From contig NC_086097.1 of the NCBI RefSeq assembly GCF_963921235.1, positions 85,500,001 to 85,564,000 of the forward strand: a stretch of 64,000 bases of DNA, given 5' to 3'. The position numbers and the translations under genes are program-made. This DNA is from Mobula hypostoma. Lineage: Eukaryota. Below the pieces are notes generated by a model, which did no database searches, was not told the origin of the DNA, and saw only the letters and a list, made by a program, of their open reading frames with translations. Shown here one piece after another: positions 12,743 to 25,267 of the stretch; the stretch's first letter is position 1; every line of letters starts with the position of its first letter.

Positions 12743-13589
12743 TTAGGAAAGAGTGAGTGGAATAAAGAGGGCCTTTTCTGTTTGGCCACTGGTAACAAAT
12801 GGTGCTCCAAAGGGGTTGGAATTAGAATGGCTTCTTTTCACATTATATGTCAATGATTTGGATGACAGAATTGATAGCTTTGTGATCAAGTTTGCAGTCA
12901 ATACAGGAATAGGTGGAGGAACAGGTAGTGTTGAGGAAGCAGGGAGTCTGCAGAGGGATTTAGACAGATGGGAGAATGGGCAAAGAAATGGCAGATGGTA
13001 TACAGAGTCAGGAAGTGTAAGGTCATGCACTTTGGTAGAAGGAATAAAGGCACAGAATATTTTCTAAATGGGGAGAAAATTGCAAAGGGACTTAGGAGTC
13101 CTTGTGCAGGATTCCCGAAAGACTAAATTGCAGGTTGGGTTGGTGGTAATGAAGGAAAATGCAATGTAAGCATTCATAACAAGAGGACTGAAATAAAAGA
13201 ACAAGGACGTAATGCTAAGGCTATATAAGGCATTGATCAGACCATCCCTTATGCAAGAAGATATATGCTGGTGTTGGAGAGGGTCCAGAGGAGATTCACG
13301 AGAATGATTCTGGGGATAAAACGGTTAACATATGAAGAGTGTTTGCCAGCTCTGTGCCTCTACTCATTGGTGGGATAAGAAAGAAGGGTAGTGGGGGATC
13401 TCATTGAAACCTTTTGAATATTGAAAGGCCTAGATAGTGTGGATGTGGAGAGGTTGTTTCCTACATAGGGCGATTCTAGGACCAGAGGGCACAGCCTCAG
13501 CCTAGAACAGATATGAGGAGAACTTCCTTTAGCCAGAGGGTGGTGAACCTGTGAATTTATTGCTACGGATAGCTGTGGAATCCAAGTCA

Positions 13590-14340
13590 TTCTTCCATAG
13601 ATGTGCAGTGGAGAGTGCATTGACTGGCTGCATCACAGCCTGGTATGGAAACACCGATGCCTTGGAATGGAAAAGCCTATAAAAAGGAATGGCGAGGGTG
13701 CAGCACAGGTGGAGGGGTGTGGCACAGGTGGTAGACAAGGAGGGCCAGGGGGAGGGGGGGGGTGCAGGTGCAGATTCCATATTTGATTCCAAACAATTGG
13801 CTTATTAACCATTACAGAATGTCTCAGAAAGCCTTTCCCACCATTGACATATCTACATGGAACATTATCACAGGAAAGCAGCAGCCATCATAAATCATGC
13901 AGGGCATGCTGTCTTCTCACTGCTGCCATCAGGAAGAAGGTACAGGAGCCTCAAGACTCACAGCTCCAGGTTCAGGATCAGTTATTACCCCTCGACCATC
14001 AGGCTCCTGAACCAAAGGGGATAACTTCACTCAACTTCACTTGCCCCAACATTGAAACATTCCTACAACCTGTGGACTCACTTTCAAGGACTCATCATCT
14101 CATGTTCTTGGTATTTATTGCTTATTTATTTATAATATTATTATTATTTCTTTTCTTTCTTTTGGATTTGCATAGTTTGTTGTCTTTTGCACACTGGATG
14201 TCCGCCATGTTAGTGTGGTCTTTCAGTAATTCTATTATGATTTCTGGATATGTTGACTATGCCTGCAAGAAAATCAATCTGAGTATTGTATATGGTGATG
14301 TATGTGTATTTTGATAATAAATTTATTTTGAACTTCGACC
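13590..14340 (+). mobile_element. Rex1/Babar-like 3' fragment with an internal foreign insert at ~13688-13825
   Basis: RCAVESALTGCITAWYGN and LLPSGRRYRSL-type motifs; 3' tail gataataaatttattttgaactt. Confidence 0.8.
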
Positions 14341-14529
14341 TTTGGGTCATTGAGTATATTTAAAATGGAGTGTTATAGCTTCTTGATTAGTCAGTACATC
14401 AAAGGTATGGGGAAAAGGCAGGACAATGGGGTTGAGAGGGATAATAAATCAGTCATGATGGAAGGTGAAGAAGACTTGATGGGCCAAATGGCCTGTTTCT
14501 TCTCCTCTATCTAGGGGGCTCAACCACAA

Positions 14530-15230
14530 GTTGTTCTAAAAAGCCATCTCGTAAGCTTTCTACAAATACATTTATTTTTTTGGGATCTGATTTTCCCACT
14601 CTACCTCCATATTGAAATCCTCCCATGACTATCGTAACATTGCTCTTTTTCATGCCTTTTCTGTCTCCTATGTAATTTGTCCCTCACATCCTAGCCACTG
14701 TCCGGAGGTGTTTATGCAACTCCCATTAGGTTGCTTTTAATCCTTGCAGCTTCTTAACTCTACCCAGATGGATCCTACATCTTCTGATCCTATGTCACCT
14801 CTTTCTCAGGATTTGATTTCATTTTTTACTAACAGAGCCGCCCCACCATCTCTGCCTATGTGTGTGTCCTTTGTGTATGCTTGGATATTAAGCTCCTAAC
14901 TATGATTTTCTTTCAGCCATGTCTTAGTGATGCCCACAGCATCACAACTACCAATTTATTAAATGCACTACAAGTTCATCTGCCTTATTCTGTATACTAC
15001 ATGCATTCAGACATAACACCTTCAGTCCTGTAGTCATCACCTTTTCAATTTTGCCCCTATGTTACCGGAAGGTAAATTCTTATCCCTTTTAAACTTTTTG
15101 TTGTTTTCCTTTTTTCTGGAGTCTTTTGTAACCTCTTCTGCACTCTTCTTCCCTTGTACTTCATTCTCCTTTTTCCAAACTATTGAGTGGTTGAACCTAC
15201 TATTTAGTTTAAAGACACACTTCATCCCAT
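14530..15230 (-). mobile_element. CR1 APE-domain fragment
   Basis: Reverse complement resembles the APE region of the CR1 at ~31500-32010 (gtcatgggaggatttcaatatg). Confidence 0.7.
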
Positions 15231-15999
15231 CCCACTGACTGCAACTTAGTTGTATCATCTACCTCTCCTTCCTCACAGTCTCTCTGCACACTGCATCTAC
15301 TTGTTTGCTAACTGTCCCATCCTCTGCCCAATCACTCCATGTTATCTCTCTCTCTCTCCACTTCTCACACTTCTCATTTCTCTGCTATTAAATTGCTCAC
15401 TGACACTTATCCAGTTTGTTTCCATTCAGTCTTCACTATCAAGGGATGCAAAAAATGCCTAACCAGTTCAAAAGGTAGTTAAAGCTTAACTACCACTTTT
15501 ATACATATCAGTTTCTTCCTCTTGCATAATATTGCTGTATAATAGTCAAAATAGCCATGATTTCAGCTCCCTTCTTCCCCACAGTCCTCAATCCCCATCC
15601 ACAGCTTGTCAATATCAGGGTGTGTTTAAAAATGCAATTGTTGTGGTTTAGTTTTGCTGGTGAATATTTGTTTCTGTCCATCAGCTGCACCAGTCCAACC
15701 AAGAATTATAACTGCTTGCATTGCAAATCTGAAATGGAAATGCAAAATGTTGGAAAGTGCCAGCAGGGCACAATACACACATGCAGAGCAACAAAAAAAA
15801 TGGCTCGATTTGCTTCGTAAGCAAATACTGTTGTGGGGTTTTGCTAAATATCTGAAACTACATGAAAAGATAATTCATCTGTAAACCCTTCTGGGATGTT
15901 TGGCTTGATAGTGACAGTATATATTCAAGATTCATGTAAGTATTCTCTACTGCTCATCATTTTTAATAATACCACAAATAGCAAAGACTTAACTAACAT

Positions 16000-16825
16000 T
16001 CAGGCAGTTAGATTGAAACAGAAACCAGATGTGAGCAGATAAGTGGCTGATCAATTTTAGTGTTAGTAAGAGTAAAGTATTACATATAGAACGTAGAACT
16101 ATTAGATATAAATATATAATGGTGGGTCTTCAGTTAGAAAGTGCACTGTATGAGAAGGATTTGGGCATCCTGGTAAACTCATCACTATCAACATCTAGAC
16201 AATGCACAGAAGCGATTGGGAAGGCTAATGGAATGTTGGGCTATATAATGCGCTCAGTGGAGTTCACATCTAGAGACGTTCTCCTTAAGCTGTATAATGT
16301 GCTTGTGAGGCCAGACCTTGAGTATTGTGTACAATTTTGGTCTCCGTATCGTGTAGGGGATGTGAGGTACTAGAGAGAGTTCAGAGAAGGGCAACAAGCC
16401 TCATTCCAAGTCTGCAGGGTATGAGCTATGAAGAAAGATTGAAAGAGTTAAATCTTTTTAGCTGAAGTAGATATAGAATGAGAGGAAACATGATATAAGT
16501 GAGTAAAATCATTAATGGCATAAGTAAGTTGGATGCCAGCTAATTCTTCAAAATTAATCCATCATCAATGAAACAGTGCATTAGGTGGAGCCTGGTTAAA
16601 GGAAGATTTCAGACTAATATCAGGAAGCATTTCTTTGCACAGCAGGTTGTGGACACATAGAACAAACTACCTAGTTGTGCAGTTAAGAGTTCTACCTTAG
16701 AGACATTCAAATCTAAACTCAATAGTTATTTCAACAGTCTATGTGAACAGGAATTTGGCAACCTTTGTTGGGCTGAATGGCCAGTCTGTCAAAAACTTTC
16801 TAAAGTACCTAATGTTCTAATGTAT
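16000..16825 (+). mobile_element. CR1 3' fragment (distinct subfamily)
   Basis: EKDLGILV...KANGMLG...LYNVLVRPDLEYCVQFWSPY; 3' hairpin gggctgaatggcc and (ttctaatg)-like tail. Confidence 0.85.
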
Positions 16826-17525
16826 CTTACTAAATTTATTGTTGAGTAAAAATATGACGTTCTGATGCTAAGAGCACTTTTTCAGTGTTTCTCTGCAATA
16901 GTTCAATGGAACAAGATTTTAAAAAACACTTCAGTCAATGAGAAGTAGATCCAATTAGTTTAAGTAACACTTGATATGCTGGCAGCCCTGGATTCCTGTA
17001 TTTCTAGCATTTCAAGTGATACTCTGACCAGCTTTCATTGCTGATGCCAAAGCTAATGTGATGTATTTTTTTGCTCATATATTCTGATGTATTATGAAGC
17101 AATGCTAATTTCTTCACATCCCCCCCAAAACCTGTCACTCTCCAATTTGTGTAATTAACTTAATAGTATTGCATCATGCAAGTGTGCTGGCACAAGTGGA
17201 CGGTCAGGATACATTTCCAGCTGCCAGCATTTTTGTGAGGAAAATTATTGGTGTTTTAGATATGGTGGGCCATACACTTGCAGCGTGAAGATAATAATAA
17301 GGTAGCAATCCACACGATTAATGTCCATTATGTAACATTCCCAAACTGCTCCAACTAGACTGAGTAAGTGATATACAGAAGCATTTCAATCCTACAGTAA
17401 ATTGGGAATTACCAAATAGTAAAGTATAAACACAAGACATTCTGCAGATGTCCAAGTTCCAGGGCGACCCCCACAAAATGCTGGAGGAACTCAGCAGTCA
17501 GGCAACATCTCTGGAACTGAATAAA

Positions 17526-17563
17526 CAGTTGATGTTTTGGGCCAAGACCCTTCTTCAGGACTG
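17526..17563 (-). ncRNA. Decayed minimal hammerhead ribozyme motif
   Basis: Minus strand CAGTC-CTGAAGA-AGGGTCTTGGCCC-AAAA-CATC-AACTG; differences from the reconstructed consensus fall at CpG sites. Confidence 0.55.
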
Positions 17564-17657
17564 GAAAGGAAGAGGGAAGATGCCAGAATAAAAAGGTGGG
17601 GTGAAGGGGAAGGAGAATAGCTAGAAGGAGATAGGTAAAGCCAGGTAGATGAGTAAG

Positions 17658-17853
17658 GCTGGAGGAACTCAGCAGGCCAGGCAGCATCTCTGGAAAAGAG
17701 TACAGTCGATGTTTCAGGCTGAGACCCTTCAGCAGGTCTTGGCCCGAATTGTTGACTGTACTCTTCTCCATAGATGCTGCCTGGCCCACTGAGTTCTCCA
17801 GCATTTTGTGTGTGTTGCTCAGATTTCCAGCATCTGCAGATGTTCTCTTGTTT
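17658..17853. mobile_element. Palindromic (inverted pLTR) Penelope-derived insertion
   Basis: Left arm gctggaggaactcagcaggccaggcagcatc...gagacc, inverted right arm ggtcttggcccg...gatgctgcctggcccactgagttctccagc plus a ~50-nt unpaired extension. Confidence 0.85.
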
Positions 17854-18029
17854 TTGTAGGTGGGAAAAGGAAAAGACTGGAGAAGAAGGAATCTGATAGG
17901 AGAGGAGAGTAGATCATGGGAGAAAGAGAAGAAGGAGGGGCACCAGAGGGAGGTGATAAGCAGGTAAGGAGAAGAGGTAAGAGACCAGAATTGGAAATAG
18001 AAGAAGAAGGAAAGGGAAGGGAAAAAATT

Positions 18030-18540
18030 ATCATAGTCATAGACATAGTCATACTTTATTGATCACGGGGAAAATTGGTTTTCGTTACAGTGGCACCATA
18101 AATAATAAATCGTAATAACACCATAAATAGTTAAATAGTAATATGTAAATTATGCCAGGAAATAAGTCCAGGACCAGCCCATTGGCTCAGGGTGTCTGAC
18201 CCTCTAAGGAGGAGTTGTAAAGTTTGATGGCCACAGGCAGGCATGACCTCCTATGACGCTCTGTGTTGCATCTCGGTGAAATGAGTCTCTGGCTGAATGT
18301 ACTCCTGTGCCCAGCCAGTACATTATATAGTGGATGGGAGACATTGTCCAAGATGGCATGCAACTTGGACAGCATCCTCTTTTTAGACACCACCGTCAGA
18401 GAGTCCAGTTCCATCCCTACAACATCACTGGCCTTATGAATGAGTTTGTTGATTCTGTTGGTGTCTGCTACCCTCAGCCTGCTGCCCCAGTACACAACAG
18501 CAAACATGATAGCACTGGCCACCACAGACTCGTAGACTCG
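18030..18540 (-). mobile_element. Rex1/Babar-like 3' fragment
   Basis: ORF 18187-18525 (RINKLIHKASDVVG...RSCLPVAIKLYN); (atagtc)n tail at ~18032-18052. Confidence 0.85.
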
Positions 18541-19002
18541 TAGAAGAAGAAGAAGACATCAATGTTCATGCCATCAGGTTGGAGGCTACCTAGATGGAAT
18601 ATGATTTGTTTCTCTCTGCCTTGAAAGTGGCCTCATCTTGGCAAAAGAGGAGGTCGTGGACCAACACATCAGAACTGGTATGGGGATAAGAATTAAAATG
18701 GTTGGCCACAGGAAAAGTCCACTTTTGGTGCAGCCCCTTTAAGAGTTCAGGACCATCTCGCTAATTGGCAATTATGTTCTGGGTGCCAAGAACTGAGTAT
18801 TTAAAGAGCTCCTGAACTGAGCCTCAGTGCTCAATCATAAGCCTAACTCCAGGTAGTCTAGTGTTTTGTTTTTGCTCAGTTCTCATTCCAGCTTTATACC
18901 GTGTCTTGATCCTTGCCCTCGGATATTCCAGCATTTGTGTCCTAACCATCCTTGTCAAGGTCTCTTGTCATAAATACTAAGGCAGAGTTAGAATGACAGG
19001 TA

Positions 19003-19560
19003 CGGTACTGTGTAAAAGTCTTAGGCATATGTATATATAGCTATATAGCTCGGGTGCCTAAGAGTTTTGCACATTATTGTAGTAATTTTCTGCATTGCAC
19101 TGTACTGCTGCCACAAAAAAAACCAATGTCATGAGATATGTGAGTTATGACAAACCTGATTCAGACATGGGCCTCGACTGTGGACTGAGATTGGAATGGG
19201 GGCAGGGAGAGGGGAATCATAGTTGGAAAAGGGGAAGGGAAAGGGGAGGGAGTGGGAAGCATCAGAGAGACATTCTGTAATGATCAATGAACCAATTATT
19301 TGGAATCAAATTACTTTTCCTGGTGCCTCAGGACTGGGTGAGTCTGCACCTGCACCAACACCCCCCCCCCTGCCCCTGGCACTCCTTCTCTACCACCTGT
19401 CCCCCACCCCTCCACCTGTGCTGCATCCTCGCCATTACCAACATCCTTTGCTCCCGCCAGATTTACAGCACAAACTCACACTGTTCCGCATTCACAAATA
19501 CAGTGCTGTGTAAAAGTCTTAGATGCCCTGATATGTGCCTGCAACTTCTGCACAGTACTA
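19003..19560. mobile_element. Composite non-autonomous element bounded by two Tc1/mariner-type mini-MITE hairpins
   Basis: TA-flanked hairpins with TIR cagtactgtgYaaaagtcttag at 19003-19079 and 19501-19560; interior contains a LINE 3' tail. Confidence 0.7.
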
Positions 19561-19779
19561 TATTTTCAATTACTTACTGCTTTGACCAGGGTTTTGCTCA
19601 TCAGCTGGTATACCCTCATGATTCTGTTACCTAGTTCCCCTTGAGGTATCCTCAGATAATTTTGCTGTACTATGAATGGAACTAGTAATAGCTTTGTCAA
19701 CAAAACAAAATGCCAGAAGTCCCCAGGTGGAACTCAGACCTACAGCACTGACTTATGATGAGAGCATTACCAGCCATGG

Positions 19780-20000
19780 AACAGCGCTGTGGTGCAGCTG
19801 GTAGAGCTGCGGCCTCACAGTCCCATTGACATGCGTTTAATCCCATCTCTGAGTGCTGTCTGTGGGGTTTGCATGGTCCTCCGTGACATGCAGGTGGGTA
19901 GGCTCCTTGGCTATCTGTAGTGTGAATGGATGGCAGAGGTATTTGGGGGATAGGGGGCAAAAGAGATTGATGGGTATGTGAACATCAAGAGAAATGAAAC
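19780..20000 (+). mobile_element. tRNA-head SINE (V-SINE/HE1-like)
   Basis: Box A-like tggtgcagctggtagagc followed by ctgtctgtggggtttgcatg core. Confidence 0.6.
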
Positions 20001-20839
20001 TGCTGAATTTGCTCTGAGAGCCAGCATATACTCAATCCAAAAGCTGGCTTCTCTGCCTTGAAGTACATGAAATACTAAGTAAATACTAAATACTAAATAC
20101 TAATGTTTCTTCTGACTGACAATCAGGCAGAAGAAACATTCCTTGGTGCCAGATCCCAACACCTGATTTACCAGTTTGGCACTGGCATCTGACTTCCTGT
20201 GTATTTGGACACATGCCCCAGCTCTTAATCTAACTAGCTTCCAGCTGAAAAATGAAGATATAAAAAACCAAATGAGATCTAATCATGAAATATGGCTGAA
20301 ATTCCATGTTGCAGCCTACAAAATTAACCCTCACTTCCAATAGGTATTGAGTTGAATGTTCAGGTCACTTTACATCAGAATATGTTCTACCATATGGACC
20401 TAAATATTCTCCATTTCAATTTTGCAATTATTTTATTGTCTTTTGTGTAAACACAGGAGATTATCTTACTTGGTCAATCTTGATTGGATATACCAACTAA
20501 CCTCATATGGAAATCTATTTCACTAGGAACAAAAGGTATCATGGACAAAGGAAATGGGGCAGATTTCCTCTCCACTGAGCAATGGCACCTTTCCACTGAC
20601 CACTGTCACCTCCCTCTACCAAGTCACCTCTTCGAAAGACCACCAAAACCTCACTCCAGCCCATCACCACCTTCCATAGACAACCGACACTTCTCTCCGC
20701 CCTATCATCCCTTCCATAGACTGCTGGCATCTCTCTCTACTCAGCCTCACCTTCTAAAGACACCTGCCCCTGGCAATTTACCCCAAGCAACACATCTCTT
20801 ACGTCCCCCACTACCAGCCACTTTACAGCTATGAACAGT

Positions 20840-21090
20840 ACAGTAGCACTGTAGGTAGTGTAGCTGTCTCACAGCTGCAGTGATCTGGGTTCGATCTTGA
20901 CCTCAGGTACTGTCTGTGTGAAGTCTGCATAGTGTTCCTGGGATCATGTGGGTTTTCCTCTTGTGTTTCAGTTTCCTCCTACACGCCAAACATATACTAG
21001 TCGGCAGTTTTGTTGGCTACTATAACTTGCTCCCTAGTATAGGGTGGGTGGTAGGAGAGTACAGGGATTAATGGGACTGCTCTCTGTGGC
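20840..21090 (+). mobile_element. tRNA-head SINE (V-SINE/HE1-like)
   Basis: Box B gggttcgatc, core ctgtctgtgtgaagtctgca...tgggttttcct...cagtttcctcc. Confidence 0.7.
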
Positions 21091-21195
21091 GAGAGAAACC
21101 AAGCAAGTTTGATAACCTTTCATTGAAACTGGATTCTGATCGATTTATCGAATCACATGAAATAGAAACAGGTCTTTTGGTCCACCTACTATCAC

Positions 21196-21375
21196 GCACA
21201 AACTGCTGGAGGAACTCAACGGGCTAGCCAGCATCTATGGGAAAAAGTGCAGTCAATGCTTCGGCCCAAAAGCCTTGTACTCTTTTCCATAGATGCTACC
21301 TGGCCTGCTGAGTCCCTCCAGCGTTTTGTGTGCGTTGCTCGGATCTCCAGCATCTGCAGATTTTCTCTTGTTTGT
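21196..21375. mobile_element. Palindromic Penelope-derived insertion
   Basis: Inverted arms as at 17658; flanking duplication actatcac at 21188-21195 and 21388-21395. Confidence 0.8.
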
Positions 21376-21399
21376 GATTCCCCACTGACTATCACCCGT

Positions 21400-21625
21400 T
21401 TACACTGATGCTAAATTAATCCCACTTTTTTGTTATTCTCCCCACACTTTCGTTGACTTCAACCTGATTCTGCCACTCAGCTACGCAGTAAGGGCAATCA
21501 AAATATCAACTTGCAGGTCTTTGGCATGTGGGAGGAAACCCAAGTGGTCACCTGAGATCGGGACTGAAGCCCGGTCTCTGTCACTGTGAGGCAGCGGCTC
21601 CACAAGCTGTAACATTGTGTGCCAC
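21400..21625 (-). mobile_element. Decayed tRNA-head SINE
   Basis: gtctttggcatgtgggaggaaacc core and head-like ctgtgaggcagcggctccac on the minus strand. Confidence 0.55.
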
Positions 21626-22341
21626 TCACTAAAGTCCCTCAATGAAAACTTTAACTCTGCTTCCCAACCATGTCAAAAGTGATCAACATTCCCATGCTAT
21701 CACACACATACTTTGAGCGCTAGCTGATCATACAAAGTTCCTTTGCAGACAATTTTAATGGAAATTCACCCTGCCCGTTTTAAGGTGGTTAACAATTTTG
21801 ATGAAAAAATTGTCATAAAGTTCTCATGACTGCAGAAGATAACTGAAACGTTTGTCTGTATAAATCAAACTGCCTACCCAGTGCAATTAGGGATATTGGA
21901 TTCTGTCTTTATTATTGACACAGAATCCTCCTTTCCTATTTCTATGCACTTTCTGCAACAGTGATGCAATATTTAGTCAAGCATGAGCTAATTCAGGACC
22001 CAGTGCACTCACTCTTAAGAAGGAAACTAATTCTAATTAAAAGCTTTAAAGTTAATGACACAGGGACTGCAAAAGAGCCAATGCAGTTAATAATGGTGTC
22101 TTATAATGCTGCATCAGTACCCTGACATATTTGTCAATCCTCCTTACCACAATACCTTTCCCGTGCTTCCAACAAGCTTCCTGCTGGAGTGATGGTAATC
22201 TAAAGTTGTTCTCCTTATAGCAAACACTTCAGAACCAAGCAGCATGTTTGAGCTTTGTGCATGAAACCATAGAAACCATAGAAACTACAGCACAGAAACA
22301 GGCCTTTTGGCCCTTCTTGGCTGTGCCGAACCATTTTTTGC

Positions 22342-25227
22342 CTAGTCCCACTGATCTGCACACGGACCATATCCCTCCATACACCTCCCATCCATGTATC
22401 TGTCCGATTTATTCTTAAATGTTAAAAAAGAACCCACATTTACCACCTCGTCTGGCAGCTCATTCCATACTCCCACCACTCTCTGTGTGAAGAAGCCCCC
22501 ACTAATGTTCCCTTTAAACTTTTCCCCCCTCACCCTTAACCCATGTCCTCTGGTTTTTTTTCTCCCCTTGCCTCAGTGGAAAAAGTCTGCTTGCATTCAC
22601 TCTATCTATACCCATCATAATTTTATATACCTCTATCAAATGTCCCCTCATTCTTCTACACTCCAGGGAATAAAGTCCTAACCTATTCAACCTTTCTCTG
22701 TAACTGAGTTTCTCAAGTCCCGGCAACATCCTTGTAAACCTTCTCTGCACTCTTTCAACCTTATTAATATACTTCCTGTAATTTGGTGACCAAAACTGAA
22801 CACAATACTCCAGATTCGGCCTCACCAATGCCTTATACAACCTCATCATAACATTCCAGCTCTTATACTCAATACTTTGATTAATAAGGGCCAATGTACC
22901 AAAAGCACTCTTTACGACCCTATCTACCTGTGACGCCACTTTTAGGGAATTTGGTATCTGTATTCCCAGATCCCTCTGTTCTACTGCACTCCTCAGTGCC
23001 TTACCATTAACCCTGTATGTTCTACCTTGGTTTGTCCTTCCAACGTGCAATACCTCACACTTGGCTGTATTAATCTCCATCTGCCATTTTTCAGCCCATT
23101 TTTTCAGCTGGTCCAAGTCCCTCTGCAGGCTCTGAAAACCTTCCTCACTGTCTACTACACCTCCAATCTTTGTATCGTCAGCAAATTTGCTGATCCAATT
23201 TACCACATTATCATCCAGATCATTGATATAGATGACAAATAACAATGGACCCAGCACTGATCCCTGTGGCACACCACTAGTCACAGGCCTCCACTCGGAG
23301 AAGCAATTCTCTACTACCACTCTTTGGCTTCTTCCATTGAGCCAATGTCTAATCCAGTTTACCACCTCTCCATGTATACCTAGCGACTGAATTTTCCTAA
23401 CTAACCTCCCGTGCGGGACCTTGTCAAAGGCCTTACTGAAGTCCATGTAGACAATATCCACTGCCTTCCCTTCATCCACTATCCTGGTAACCTCCTCGAA
23501 GAACTCCAATAGATTGGTCAAACATGACCTACCACGCACAAAGCCATGTTGACTCTCCCTAATAAATCCCTGTCTATCCAAATGCTTGTAGATTCTGTCT
23601 CTTAGTACTCCCTCCAATAACTTACCTACTACCGACGTCAAACTTACTGGCCTATAATTTCCTGGATTACTTTTCGATCCTTTTTTAAACAACTGAACAA
23701 CATGAGCCACTCTCCAATCCTCCGGCACCTCACCCGTAGACAGCGACATTTTAAATATTTCTGCCAGGGCCCCCGCAATTTCAACATTAGTCTCCTTCAA
23801 GGTCCGAGGGAACACTCTGTCAGGTCCCGGGGATTTATCCACTTTAATTTTCCTCAAGACAGCAAGCACCTCCTCCTTTTCAATCTGTACAGTTTCCATG
23901 ATCTCACTACTTGTTTCCCTTAATTCCATAGACTTCATGCCAGTTTTCTTAGTAAATACAGACGCAAAAAACCTTTTTAAGATCTCCCCCATTTCCTTTG
24001 GTTCCGCACATATCCGACCACTCTGATGTTCAAGAGGACCAATTTTATCCCTTACAATCCTTTTGCTCTTAATATACCTGTAAAAGCTCTTTGGATTATC
24101 CTTCACTTTGACTGCCAAGGCAACCTCATGTCTTCTTTTAGCCCTCCTGATTTCTTTCTTAAGTATTTTCTTGCACTTCTTATACTCCTCGAGCACCTTA
24201 TTTACTCCCTGTTTCCTATACATGTCATACAACTCCCTCTTCTTTATCAGAGTTGCAATATCCCTTGAGAACCAAGGTTCCTTATTCCTATTCACTTTGC
24301 CTTTAATCCTGACAGGAACACACAAACTCTGCACTCTCAAAATTTCTCCTTTGAAGGCTTCCCACCTACTGATCACCTTTTTGCCAGAGAACAAACTGTC
24401 CCAATCCACGCTTTTTAGATCCTTTCTCATTACTTCAAATTTGGCCTTCGTCCAGTTCAGAACCTCAACTCTAGGACCAGATCTATCCTTGTCCATGATC
24501 AAGTTGAAACTAATGGTGTTATGATCACTGGAACCAAAGAGCTCCCCTACACAGACTTCCGTCACTTGTCCTAACTCGTTTCCTAACAGGAGATCCAATA
24601 TTGCATCCCCTCTAGTTGGTCCCTGTATATATTGATTTAGAAAACTTTCCTGAACACATTTTACAAACTCTAAACCATCTAGACCCCTAACAGTATGGGA
24701 GTCCCAATCAATATATGGAAAATTAAAATCCCCTACCACCACAACTTTATGTTTCCTGCAGTTGCCTGCTATCTCTCTGCAGATTTGCTCTTCCAATTCT
24801 CATTGACTATTGGGTGGTCTGTAATACAATCCCACTAATGTGGCCATACCTTTCCTATTTCTCAGCTCACCCATAAGGACTCAGTAGACAAGCCCTCTAA
24901 TCTGTCCTGCCTGAGCACTGCTGTAATATTTTCCCTAACAAGCAATGCTACTCCCCCACCTTTCATTCCTCTGCCTCGATCACATCTGAAACATCGGAAC
25001 CCTGGGATATTAAGCTGCCAGTCCTGCCCCTCCTGTAGCCAAGTTTCACTAATTGCAATAACGTCATAATTCCACGTGTTAATCCATGCCCTCAATTCAT
25101 CCGCCTTCCCCGCAATACTCCTAGCATTGAAATATATACACCTCAGAAGATTTTTACCACCATTCACAACCTTTCTATTAGCCGATTTGCTTGAACTTTT
25201 AACATCATTTATTTTCACCCCAGCCAC
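22342..25227 (-). pseudogene. CR1 ORF2p APE endonuclease + reverse transcriptase, with frameshifts near 24870 and 22555
   Basis: YFNARS, SETWL, GDFN, SDHN (APE); 760-aa open segment with [31 protein letters not shown]. Confidence 0.93.
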
Positions 25228-25267
25228 ACTGTCAGCTCTGCACTCTGGTTCCCATCCCCCTGCAAAT

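Larger units (their letters stand above)
11065..14520 (+). mobile_element. Decayed CR1 RT/3' half, interrupted by a Penelope element (11338-12742) and a Rex fragment (13590-14340)
   Basis: SQHGFLKGRSCLT motif at ~11110, resumes at ~12745 (LFTLYVNDLDD...KFA), 3' end gggccaaatggcctgtttct at ~14480-14515. Confidence 0.85.
17428..18725 (-). mobile_element. Penelope-like 3' region interrupted by a PLE hairpin (17658-17853) and a Rex fragment (18030-18540)
   Basis: Colinear with the copy at 6398-6852/8240-8290. Confidence 0.75.

Noticed and set aside
18730..18970. LTR-like segment with a TATTTAAA box
   Set aside because: No clear TG...CA boundaries, TSD or second copy.
19780..21090. tRNA genes
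   Set aside because: Box A/B-like motifs run into SINE core sequence and no cloverleaf can be formed.
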